NCBI GenBank assembly: GCA_963707865.1
Contig: OY970175.1
Coordinates: 630,028-694,027, forward strand
DNA from: an uncultured bacterium
GTDB lineage: Bacteria > Patescibacteriota > Minisyncoccia > UBA6257 > 2-01-FULL-56-20
Direction of reading: 5' to 3'
DNA length: 64,000 nucleotides
The position numbers and the translations under genes are program-made. Below are positions 8,509 to 17,299 of the stretch, one piece after another (position 1 is the stretch's first letter; each line of letters begins with the position of its first letter). Under the pieces are notes generated by a model that saw only the letters and a program-made list of their open reading frames with translations, had not been told where the DNA came from and did not search any database.

Positions 8509-10761
8509 ATGGACCTCATCATTGTGGAATCGCCGACGAAAGCAAAAACCATCGGAAAGTTTGTGGGCAAGAACTTTACTGTGGAATCGTCCTACGGGCA
8601 CATCCGCGACCTCCCTAAAAGCAAAATGGGAATTGATACGGAACACGATTTTGAGCCGCAGTATGTGATCCCCGTGAAGGCAAAACCCGTGGTAGCCAAT
8701 CTGAAAAAACTGGCCGCGAAAGCTACGAAGGTGATCCTCGCGACTGACGAAGACCGCGAAGGCGAAGCAATTGCGTGGCACCTGGTCGCGGCACTCGGCC
8801 TTCAAAGAAAAAAAGGCGGGGTGGAACGGATCGCATTCCACGAAATCACCGCATCCGCGATCAAAGAAGCGCTCCTCACGCCGCGCAGTCTTGATGTGAA
8901 CCTGGTAGATGCCCAGCAAGCGCGGCGCGTGCTTGACCGGCTCGTGGGCTACGGCCTTTCGCCGTTTCTATGGCGGAAGGTACGGTACGGACTCTCCGCG
9001 GGACGCGTGCAATCAGTCACCGTGCGGCTCGTTGTTGAACGCGAGCGCGAAATCCAGGCATTCAAAAAAGAAGAGTACTGGTCCATTGAGGCGATGTTCC
9101 AATCGCCCGAAGCCAAAACCACATTCCCCGCCTTCCTGCAATCCATTGCCGGAAAGGCAATCGGGAAAATGGGCATCAAAAACGAGAAGGACGCGAAGCG
9201 CATCATAAAAAATCTTGACGGCGCACATTACAGCGTCAAAGAGGTCATCACAAAAGAAGTCCGGCGATATCCCGCACCGCCGTTCGTGACCTCCACGCTC
9301 CAGCAGGAAGCGGCGCGCAAGCTGGGATTCTCGGCGAAGCAAACGATGGCCATCGCGCAGAAGCTCTACGAGAACGGGCACATTACGTACATGAGGACGG
9401 ACAGCGTGCACCTCGCGGAGGCAGCGCTCGTCGCCGCGCAGCAAGCGATCGGGAAAGAATTCGGGAAGGAATATCAGCTCGCGGAACCGCGACGATACGC
9501 CACGCGGACGAAAGGAGCGCAGGAAGCGCACGAAGCCATCCGTCCCACGAATCTCAACGCCGCCTCCGGGCACGCGCTCGGCATCAAAGAGCATAACAGT
9601 GAGCGACTCTACGACCTTGTCTGGAAACGCACCGTCGCATCACAAATGAAAGAAGCGCTCCTTGAACAAACCTCGGTGGACATTGAAGCGGATACTGCGC
9701 ACAAAGAAATCTTCCGCGCGAACGGGCAGGTTGTGAAGTTCGACGGATTTATCCGCGCCTACACCGAAGGCCGCGACGAAGGCGCGAACGGCGAGGGCGC
9801 GGCCGCGACGGAAATAGAAGGGCAGCTGCCGAAACTCACGGAAGGCATGGCACTCGCACTCCAGAAGATAACGCCCGTCCAGCATTTTACCGAACCGCCG
9901 CCCCGTTACACCGACGCCACGCTCGTGAAAGCCCTTGAAGCCGAAGGGGTGGGCCGTCCGTCCACGTACGCGCCGACCCTCACGACCATTCAGGACCGCG
10001 GCTATGTGGAAAAAATGGAGAAAAAATATCATCCGACGGAGATCGGCACCGTTGTGAACGATCTCCTCGTAGAAAATTTTCCGGAGATCGTAGACATCAA
10101 ATTCACTTCACATATAGAAGAAGAATTGGACGATATCGCCGAAGGGAAAATGAAATGGACCGAGGTCTGTCGCGAATTCTACGGCCCGTTTAAAAAAGAA
10201 TTGGATGAAAAGGAAGCGTCCGTCACAAAGCAGATGGAAATTTCGGACACTCCCTGCCCGCACTGCGGAAAACCGATGGTGATCAAGTTCGGCCGCATGG
10301 GGAAATTCCTGGCATGCCCCGATCCCACGGTGAAGGTGACGCTCCCGATGCCCGAGGAGGCGGCGAAGATCCGCGAGCTTGAGGAAAAAACGGAAGACGA
10401 ACGCTGCCCCCTCTGCGGCAAACCAATGAAAGTGCGCCGCGGACGCTTCGGCTTTTTCCTCGGCTGCACGGACTATCCGAACTGTAAAGGTATGTCAAAG
10501 ATCTGGAACAAAACCGGCTTCGCGTGTCCCGCGTGTCGCGACTCCGCCGACCGCTGGGAAAAGCCCGGCGACATCGTGGAGAAAAAATCCCGCGGCCGCG
10601 GACGGCCGTTCTACGCCTGCACGCGCTATCCCGCCTGCACGTTCATCATGAACAAAAAACCGGAGTCGGAGGCCGACCTTGAGGAAGCGCTAAGACATTG
10701 GCGAGAAAACCCGCCGAAGAAACGGGAGCCACGAGGAAAAACAAAAGAAAGGGAGGGATAA
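8509..10761 (+). CDS. topA: DNA topoisomerase I
   Basis: LIIVESPTK, LATDEDREGEAI, SAGRVQS, ITYMRTDS, C-terminal C4 zinc fingers. Confidence 0.98.
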   Translation: MDLIIVESPTKAKTIGKFVGKNFTVESSYGHIRDLPKSKMGIDTEHDFEPQYVIPVKAKPVVANLKKLAAKATKVILATDEDREGEAIAWHLVAALGLQRKKGGVERIAFHEITASAIKEALLTPRSLDVNLVDAQQARRVLDRLVGYGLSPFLWRKVRYGLSAGRVQSVTVRLVVEREREIQAFKKEEYWSIEAMFQSPEAKTTFPAFLQSIAGKAIGKMGIKNEKDAKRIIKNLDGAHYSVKEVITKEVRRYPAPPFVTSTLQQEAARKLGFSAKQTMAIAQKLYENGHITYMRTDSVHLAEAALVAAQQAIGKEFGKEYQLAEPRRYATRTKGAQEAHEAIRPTNLNAASGHALGIKEHNSERLYDLVWKRTVASQMKEALLEQTSVDIEADTAHKEIFRANGQVVKFDGFIRAYTEGRDEGANGEGAAATEIEGQLPKLTEGMALALQKITPVQHFTEPPPRYTDATLVKALEAEGVGRPSTYAPTLTTIQDRGYVEKMEKKYHPTEIGTVVNDLLVENFPEIVDIKFTSHIEEELDDIAEGKMKWTEVCREFYGPFKKELDEKEASVTKQMEISDTPCPHCGKPMVIKFGRMGKFLACPDPTVKVTLPMPEEAAKIRELEEKTEDERCPLCGKPMKVRRGRFGFFLGCTDYPNCKGMSKIWNKTGFACPACRDSADRWEKPGDIVEKKSRGRGRPFYACTRYPACTFIMNKKPESEADLEEALRHWRENPPKKREPRGKTKEREG

Positions 10762-10769
10762 GAATTTTG

Positions 10770-10803
10770 CACCCCACTCCGCGCAAGCGCAGAAGTGGGG
10801 TGT
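10770..10803 (+). terminator. Hairpin after topA
   Basis: gcaccccact...agtggggtgt stem just after the stop; no strong U tract. Confidence 0.45.
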
Positions 10804-11140
10804 CGTTCCTAATGGTGAAGGCCATCGTATGACCCATAAACGGCCTCGTGGGTTCTTACATACTTCTGCCAAGCTTGCGGGCCCGCATGCAAAATTGCAT
10901 CGCTGACCCTGTGCCTTAGCTTTGACCGACGCCGTTCAATGCGTTGCCGGTGCATCTCACCGACATCGTCCGTTCGACTATTTTTCTTCCCCTTATTCTG
11001 TCCCAAGAGATCCTCCCTCAAAGAAGACGTTAGAACAGCCGAATATTGCCTAATTAGAAAGGTAATAGATTCTAATAATCTCGTCAACCAAAAAACTGTG
11101 AAAAACTTATGAATAGACATACAATAAAAAAACAACGGTT

Positions 11141-12844
11141 ATGTCCACTTCCATAAAACAACTTATCAAGCAAAACCCACAGAGCATCCCCGCGCGGGCT
11201 TTCTCCTTCGCTGAAGCCGTACATCGCGGGCAAAAAAGGAAAAGCGGAGAACCGTATTTCGCGCACTCCCTTGCCACCGCGGAAACGCTGAATGCGTGGC
11301 ATCTGGATGAGGCGACCATCGCGGCGGGACTTCTCCATGACACCGTGGAAGATACGAATATATCGATCGAGACCATCAAAGAAAAATTTGGCGAAGAGAT
11401 GGCGTTCCTTGTGGACGGCGTGACAAAGCTCGGCCGCATCAAATACCGCGGTGCGGAGAACCGGGCGGAAAATCTTCGCAAGATGATCCTTGCGCTTTCG
11501 CAGGATCTGCGCGTCGTCTTCATCAAGCTCGCCGACCGCCTCCATAACATGCAAACGCTCGCGGCCCTCCCGCCGGCGAAGCAAAAACGGATCGCGATGG
11601 AGACGGACGAAATCTACGCGCCGCTCGCCTACCGCCTCGGCATGCACAATCTCTCCGGCGAACTGGAAGATCTCGCATTCCCCTATCTCCATCCTGCCGA
11701 CTACCGATGGCTGCTCTCTACGGCAAAAGAACAATACAAAGAACGGCTCGCGTATCTCGAAAAGATAAAGCCGCAGGTGCGCAAGCTCCTTGAGGAACAC
11801 AATATCAAGCCACTGGATATTGAAATTCGCGCCAAACGTTACGCCAGTTTGTATAAAAAACTTCTGCGCCGCGACATGAACATGGGGAAGATCTACGACC
11901 TCGTCGCGATGCGCGTGATCGTAGCCACCGTCCCCGAATGCTACGCGGCACTCGGCGTTATCCACGAAGCGTGGCCACCGGTTCCCCACCGCATCAAGGA
12001 TTACATCGCCTTGCCGAAACCGAACGGTTACCGCAGCTTACACACCACAGTGATCGGTCCAGGTGATAAAACAATTGAATTCCAGATACGGACGAGGGAA
12101 ATGCACGACGAAAACGAATATGGTATCGCCGCGCACTGGCTCTACGATCAGAAACGCCGCGGCGAAAAAGTTTCCGGGAAACAGCTTGCGGAAGACCTCT
12201 CCTGGGTGCAGCAACTCCGCACATGGCAAGAGAAGTTCTTCGGTGGAGGAGAAAAACCGGAAGAGTTTTTGGACGCGATGAAAATTGATTTCTTCCGCGG
12301 GCGCATCTTCGCCGTCACGCCGCGCGGCGACGTCATTGACCTGCCGCAAGGCGCCACGCCCGTGGATTTCGCATACCATATCCACTCCGCCGTCGGGAAC
12401 ACTGCCGCGGGCGCGCGGGTGAACGGCACGCTCGTGCCGCTTGACCACAAGCTGAAATCGGGAGACGTGGTCTACATTATCACCCAGAAAGGGAAAAAAC
12501 CGTCGGATGATTGGCTCCGCTTCGTCGCGACCGGCATCGCCCGCGATCACATTCGCGCGGCGCTCCGCGGGAAAAACAGGTTCGTGCGCATGGCGAAAGC
12601 GCCCACGCGCGCAGAATTGAAGCTCACGGTGGAACCCCGCATCGGCCTCATCAGAAATATTTCAGAGGTAATCGCACGCCAGCACCTCGCCATCGTGAAC
12701 TTTTACACCGAAAACCCGCGAGGGGGCCGCTACCAGTTCTATCGAATTGAAATCAAAACCGCTGATAAAGACAAAATTGATAAGCTGATCGTCAAGCTGA
12801 AAGCAATAAAAGAAGTGAAAGAGGAAAGTTATAAATTGAATTAG
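11141..12844 (+). CDS. RelA/SpoT-family (p)ppGpp synthetase/hydrolase (HD, synthetase, TGS, ACT-like)
   Basis: GEPYFAH, LLHDTVED, KLADRLHNM, KPNGYRSLHT, EFQIRT, GIAAHW, ATPVDFAY. Confidence 0.95.
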   Translation: MSTSIKQLIKQNPQSIPARAFSFAEAVHRGQKRKSGEPYFAHSLATAETLNAWHLDEATIAAGLLHDTVEDTNISIETIKEKFGEEMAFLVDGVTKLGRIKYRGAENRAENLRKMILALSQDLRVVFIKLADRLHNMQTLAALPPAKQKRIAMETDEIYAPLAYRLGMHNLSGELEDLAFPYLHPADYRWLLSTAKEQYKERLAYLEKIKPQVRKLLEEHNIKPLDIEIRAKRYASLYKKLLRRDMNMGKIYDLVAMRVIVATVPECYAALGVIHEAWPPVPHRIKDYIALPKPNGYRSLHTTVIGPGDKTIEFQIRTREMHDENEYGIAAHWLYDQKRRGEKVSGKQLAEDLSWVQQLRTWQEKFFGGGEKPEEFLDAMKIDFFRGRIFAVTPRGDVIDLPQGATPVDFAYHIHSAVGNTAAGARVNGTLVPLDHKLKSGDVVYIITQKGKKPSDDWLRFVATGIARDHIRAALRGKNRFVRMAKAPTRAELKLTVEPRIGLIRNISEVIARQHLAIVNFYTENPRGGRYQFYRIEIKTADKDKIDKLIVKLKAIKEVKEESYKLN

Positions 12845-12846
12845 TT

Positions 12847-13965
12847 CTAGCTCTCTTTCCCGAGCCGCCGCAGAATATTTTCCAATTCTTCTTCCGAATA
12901 AAAGGTGATGGTGATCTTCCCGGTATTCGCGCCCTTGTGAATCGTGACGGGTGCGCCGAGATCCGTAGAAAGTGACTCCTGCATCGCCTTGAGCTCCGGC
13001 GGGAGGGGCGCCTCTTCGCCTTTCGGCGGGCGGCCACGGCGCGGCCCCGTGCGTCCGCCGAGCTCACCCACGCGCTCTCTTATGTCGCGCGTTGTGAGCC
13101 CATGCTGCACGATATCCTCAAAGAGACGCTGTTGCGCGCCCGGATCTTCAATGGCTAAAAGCAGTCGCGCGCCGCTCTCGGAAATCTCCCCTTTTTCCAC
13201 CGCCATCCGGATGTATTCGGGAAGATCCAAAAGCCGCACGGCATTCGCAACCGCCTCCCGCGACTTGCCGAGCTTTGCCGCAATTTCGCGCTGGGTCATG
13301 CGAAATTCCTCCTGTAATCGCTGGAATGCGCGGGCGGTCTCTATCGGATTCAAGTCCTCACGCTGGATGTTTTCCAAAACCGCGAGCTCCAATTTCTCAC
13401 GCTCAAGGTCCACGTTCCGCACGATGGCAGGCACCGTTGCGAGCCCAAGCATCTTTGCCGCGAGGAGCCGCCGTTCGCCTGCGATCAATTGATAGCTAAT
13501 GCCCACGCCCCCGGGCATCTCTTTCTCAACGCGCGAAACGACAAGCGGCTGGAGAAATCCAAACTCGCGGATGGAATGCGCGAGGTCACGAAGTCCCGCT
13601 TCGTCAAAATTCCTGCGCGGCTGGTTCGGATTCGGCGTTATTCTATCCACTTCAATATGAAAGACCGAGTCTATTTTCTGTGGTTCCTCTTGGAACGCTT
13701 TTGCTGCAACTGCTGCCGGAGCGACCATTGGTTGCGGTTGGGGTTTAAATTGGGGTTGGGGTTGCGAAATCGGCGCGGCTGCTGCCACTATTTCAGCTGG
13801 CGGTGCCGCTTGCGGTTCTTCCCGCATCTCGCCGGCACGCGCGGGCTCCGACGTGAGCGGTTGTGAAATCGGCAACTGCGACGAGGGATCGTTCTGTCCG
13901 CCCCCGCCATTGCCATTTCCATTCCCCTTCTGCGGTATCAATGATTCAAGTCCTTTTCCAAGCAT
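12847..13965 (-). CDS. parB: Chromosome partitioning protein ParB
   Basis: NPNQPR, LIAGERRL, ENIQREDLNPIE, HTH; long low-complexity N-terminus. Confidence 0.96.
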   Translation of the reverse strand: MLGKGLESLIPQKGNGNGNGGGGQNDPSSQLPISQPLTSEPARAGEMREEPQAAPPAEIVAAAAPISQPQPQFKPQPQPMVAPAAVAAKAFQEEPQKIDSVFHIEVDRITPNPNQPRRNFDEAGLRDLAHSIREFGFLQPLVVSRVEKEMPGGVGISYQLIAGERRLLAAKMLGLATVPAIVRNVDLEREKLELAVLENIQREDLNPIETARAFQRLQEEFRMTQREIAAKLGKSREAVANAVRLLDLPEYIRMAVEKGEISESGARLLLAIEDPGAQQRLFEDIVQHGLTTRDIRERVGELGGRTGPRRGRPPKGEEAPLPPELKAMQESLSTDLGAPVTIHKGANTGKITITFYSEEELENILRRLGKES

Positions 13966-13974
13966 GGTCGCGTA

Positions 13975-14793
13975 TCAAATATTGAAATTCCCAAAATTTT
14001 CGCTCGCGACGACCTCTCGCGGCAGGTTGTAGTCCCTTTCCTGCATGATAATCTCATCCGCGAGCCGCCTATACGCCACAGCGCCCGGTGAGTCGGGCCG
14101 ATACAAAATAATCGGCTTTGAAAAACTCGGCGCCTCCGCGAGCGCGACCGCGCGCGGGATCTCCACAGCAAACACGTGATACGGAAAATGCCGCCGGAGG
14201 TTTTTTGAAACCTCACGGCTCAAATGTTCACGCTTGTCGTACATCGTGACGAGCGCGCCCGCGACGCGGAGCGGATGTTTCAAATTATTCTTGATGAGCT
14301 CCACGGTCTCCAATAGCTGTCCAATACCTTCCAAGCTGTAATATTCCGTCTGCACCGGGATCAAAATTTCGTCTGCAGCGATCAAACCGTTCACCGTGAG
14401 CAAACTCAAGCTCGGCGGGAGATCGATCAAAACGTAATCGTAATTATGGCGCAGGCGGTTCACAAACTTCCGCAAAAAATATTCTCGCTCGGAAACATCC
14501 ACGAGCTCTACGAGCGCTCCCGCAAGATGCGGCGCCGCAGGAACAAAATGATAGTTAAAAATAATGGTCGGCTTCACAATCTGCTCGTACGGCACGATTC
14601 CCAAAATGCCGTGATAGACGCTCAGCTCCTCTTTTATATTGTGGCCCAATGCCGAACTCGCGTTCGCCTGCGGGTCAAAGTCAACCAGGAGTACCCGCCG
14701 CCCCGCGGCCGCAAGATACGCGCCCAAATTAACCGCGGTCGTGGTCTTCCCCACGCCTCCCTTCTGATTGCAAATCGCGATTACGCGCGCCAT
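13975..14793 (-). CDS. parA: ParA/Soj ATPase
   Basis: NQKGGVGKTT, DFDPQANAS, IDLPPSL, LAEAPS. Confidence 0.97.
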   Translation of the reverse strand: MARVIAICNQKGGVGKTTTAVNLGAYLAAAGRRVLLVDFDPQANASSALGHNIKEELSVYHGILGIVPYEQIVKPTIIFNYHFVPAAPHLAGALVELVDVSEREYFLRKFVNRLRHNYDYVLIDLPPSLSLLTVNGLIAADEILIPVQTEYYSLEGIGQLLETVELIKNNLKHPLRVAGALVTMYDKREHLSREVSKNLRRHFPYHVFAVEIPRAVALAEAPSFSKPIILYRPDSPGAVAYRRLADEIIMQERDYNLPREVVASENFGNFNI

Positions 14794-14850
14794 ATAACCT
14801 TGATTTTAGCGTGTAAAATAACTATTATCAATTGGCGCAGATCATAGCGA

Positions 14851-14936
14851 GCCCGGGTGGCGGAATGGCAGACGCAATCGCCTCAAGAGCGATCGGCCGC
14901 AAGGCCATGCGAGTTCGACTCTCGCCTCGGGCACCA
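14851..14936 (+). tRNA. tRNA-Leu(CAA)
   Basis: Anticodon arm ATCGC-CTCAAGA-GCGAT, long variable arm, GTTCGA, encoded CCA. Confidence 0.96.
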
Positions 14937-14990
14937 AGATATTACGAACCGCAAGAACAAACTCGAGAGACAAAATCGGAAAGACTGCCA

Positions 14991-15857
14991 TTAATGGCGC
15001 TCCTCTTCCTCCGTTCCCACGGATTCCGCCTTGCTCTTTTTACCGTAAAATCCTTTCTCTTCGGGCGGCAACATCCGCGCGATATCCGCGCCGATCATAT
15101 CCGCAACCTTATGCAGTTCGTATACCGTCTCGCTAAATTTTCTTTTTTCGTCCGAGGTGACCATTTCTCCGCACTTCCTTTTCCGCATGATACTTTCTAC
15201 AAAACCCGCGTCAACGCGCGGAACTTCCAGCGGGACCCCTATCCTGACTGTTGCGGATAATTTATCCTTAAAAGCTTTCAAGATTTCTCCAGCGCCTTCC
15301 ATACTTGCTCCAGACCCTTCCAATACAATAGCGACGGGGATTACAAGCGCATTGAGTTTTTCTGCCAAATACGCAGAGCCGACATTCGCACGCGACATTT
15401 CGCGATCCTTTTTTAGATTATGCGCTGTAATCCACGGCACCTTATTTTCACTTTCGGTCACCTTTTGAATAGTTGTGAAATCGTCGGGGTTGAACATAGC
15501 GCCTTCATTGCGACGGCGGTAGGAAATCGGAGAAAATGATTCCTTGCCTACGGCAGACATCATAAAATTCCTTACATCAGTAATATCGAAATGCGTGGAC
15601 ATAGCCGCCAGTTGCAGGTTCATGCCGTCGCCGAACGTATCAATGATGAGCGGGCCATCGAGATTGGAGAAATGAGAACTGACGATTACCACGCGCCGGT
15701 CCGGCGGAATTTCGGTGAGATGTTCTCTGCCTTCTACTTTCTTTTCTTTAATAAAACTCTGAAGAAGTTTTTCGGCTGTTTTTTTAAGGCGTGCTGGCGT
15801 TTCGCCCGCATGGAGATTCAACTGCTCGACTTGGGGGGATGGTCCTTCAAGAGACAT
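14991..15857 (-). CDS. PlsC-like lysophospholipid acyltransferase family protein
   Basis: HxxxxD motif SSHFSNLD, GSAYLA...VIPVAI, VRIGVP. Confidence 0.65.
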   Translation of the reverse strand: MSLEGPSPQVEQLNLHAGETPARLKKTAEKLLQSFIKEKKVEGREHLTEIPPDRRVVIVSSHFSNLDGPLIIDTFGDGMNLQLAAMSTHFDITDVRNFMMSAVGKESFSPISYRRRNEGAMFNPDDFTTIQKVTESENKVPWITAHNLKKDREMSRANVGSAYLAEKLNALVIPVAIVLEGSGASMEGAGEILKAFKDKLSATVRIGVPLEVPRVDAGFVESIMRKRKCGEMVTSDEKRKFSETVYELHKVADMIGADIARMLPPEEKGFYGKKSKAESVGTEEEERH

Positions 15858-15891
15858 TTAATCAAACTATAACAAACTTTGTGAGAAACAA

Positions 15892-16309
15892 TGTGGCTCT
15901 GTACCAGTCCGCTCGACTGTATTTTGAGAGTCTACCATAGCCGTTTTACCCCTACATTCCGAAGCTGTTTACCCCTTCAATTACCCCTTCAATTGGGTAT
16001 GCTCAATTTGAAGGGGTAGCGGGCGCGGATTGCCCCGTGTTGCTTGGTCTTTTTGACCAACCGACCCGAAAATCCAAAGTCCTACTTCACTCCGGTTTGC
16101 CTAGTCAATCACCCCGTCAATCACAGTTGACTACCCTGACGGCCATCTGGCCGTTGCAGAGCTTAGCTTTTCTTGAAAACCCCGACCCCCGACAATACCC
16201 CCGATTGGGTATGTTCAGCCCCCTCCGACACTCGCGCTACATTGGCCACAATGTTGCTCGTGTCTTCGGGGGCTTCACCTCGTCCGGTGGTGCCAAAATT
16301 TCTCCCCCA
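15892..16309 (+). repeat. 418-bp inverted repeat A, left copy
   Basis: Reverse complement of 19261-19678; no mismatch in the segments compared by eye. Confidence 0.95.
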
Positions 16310-16440
16310 ACCCCTCCTTTTGGCACGCCGCCGGAGGCGGAAGGTCAGCGGTTTCTTGCCCTTGCCCCAGCCCTCCCATTGCGCGGGCAAGAGGCGACTA
16401 TAGCTCCCCAAAACTTCTTAAAAAGTTGTAGAATTATCTC

Positions 16441-17295
16441 ATGGCACGCAGACGCAGAGACGACGAAGAAGGTTCTATTTGGGGATTCATAGGTGGAGTC
16501 GTTTTGCTCTATCTCCTCTATATCGCCTTTCTCTATAACACCAACCGCGCCGCATACTGGCAACAGGTTTGGTATTTTGCGGCGTTCGTCATTGTCGTTT
16601 GCGCGGCAATCATCGCGTGGCAGATACTCATTCGTCGCTGGCGTGAAAAGCGACTGAACGACCTTCTTACGGCGGCAAAGCAGAACGGTCTAGAGGAATA
16701 CGTCAAGAACTTCATTGACCGTTTCGGTATGCAAAAGGGGAAGAAGACCGATTGGACGTTTCGCGGCCACTACTTCGACTGGCAACGACTAGAAGATTTT
16801 AGGAAGATATTGAACGAGAAAGGGATGCGTCTCTCCGCAGACAAATGGGATGCCACCCTTATCATCCTCAAACACTACATCCAAGAGAAAGAAGAACGTT
16901 TGACCCGCGAAAGCGTGAGCGTCCTGCCTCAAAAATTCTCCACGCTTTCCGGCTCCGATTTTGAGAATCTTTTGTACCGCCTGTTCACGGCCATGGGCTA
17001 CGCCGTCCAGAAAACGGGCAAGACCGGAGACCAAGGGGGTGATTTGGTTGCAAACATGAATGGGCAGAGAATTGTCATCCAAGCCAAGTGCTATTCAAAC
17101 ACAGTCGGCAACGCCGCCGTCCAAGAAGCCGTGGCCGCGCAGAAATTCTACGACTGCAACAAGGTTATGGTCGTTACAAACTCCAGCTTTACCAAGGAAG
17201 CCATCGAGTTGGCTAAGGCGAACAACGTCGAGCTTATCGGCGGTGGGAAATTAAGCGAATTGTTACTCCAAAACCTTAAAGAAAATTGGGGTTAA
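16441..17295 (+). CDS. Membrane-anchored Mrr-family (Mrr_cat) restriction endonuclease
   Basis: Two N-terminal TM helices; FENLL...GDQGGDLV...IVIQAKCY...VGNAAVQE...VVTNSSFT. Confidence 0.88.
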   Translation: MARRRRDDEEGSIWGFIGGVVLLYLLYIAFLYNTNRAAYWQQVWYFAAFVIVVCAAIIAWQILIRRWREKRLNDLLTAAKQNGLEEYVKNFIDRFGMQKGKKTDWTFRGHYFDWQRLEDFRKILNEKGMRLSADKWDATLIILKHYIQEKEERLTRESVSVLPQKFSTLSGSDFENLLYRLFTAMGYAVQKTGKTGDQGGDLVANMNGQRIVIQAKCYSNTVGNAAVQEAVAAQKFYDCNKVMVVTNSSFTKEAIELAKANNVELIGGGKLSELLLQNLKENWG

Positions 17296-17299
17296 AATA

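Noticed and set aside
10809-11135. 108-aa minus-strand ORF between topA and rel
   Set aside because: No recognisable motif and it overlaps the AT-rich promoter region of rel; cannot be supported, though not excluded.
16037-16492. ORFs inside the 418-bp repeats (16037-16492 +, 19198-19533 -, 16163-16411 -, 19189-19407 +)
   Set aside because: They are identical only because the DNA is duplicated, diverge exactly at the repeat boundary, have no protein motifs and overlap dense stem-loops.
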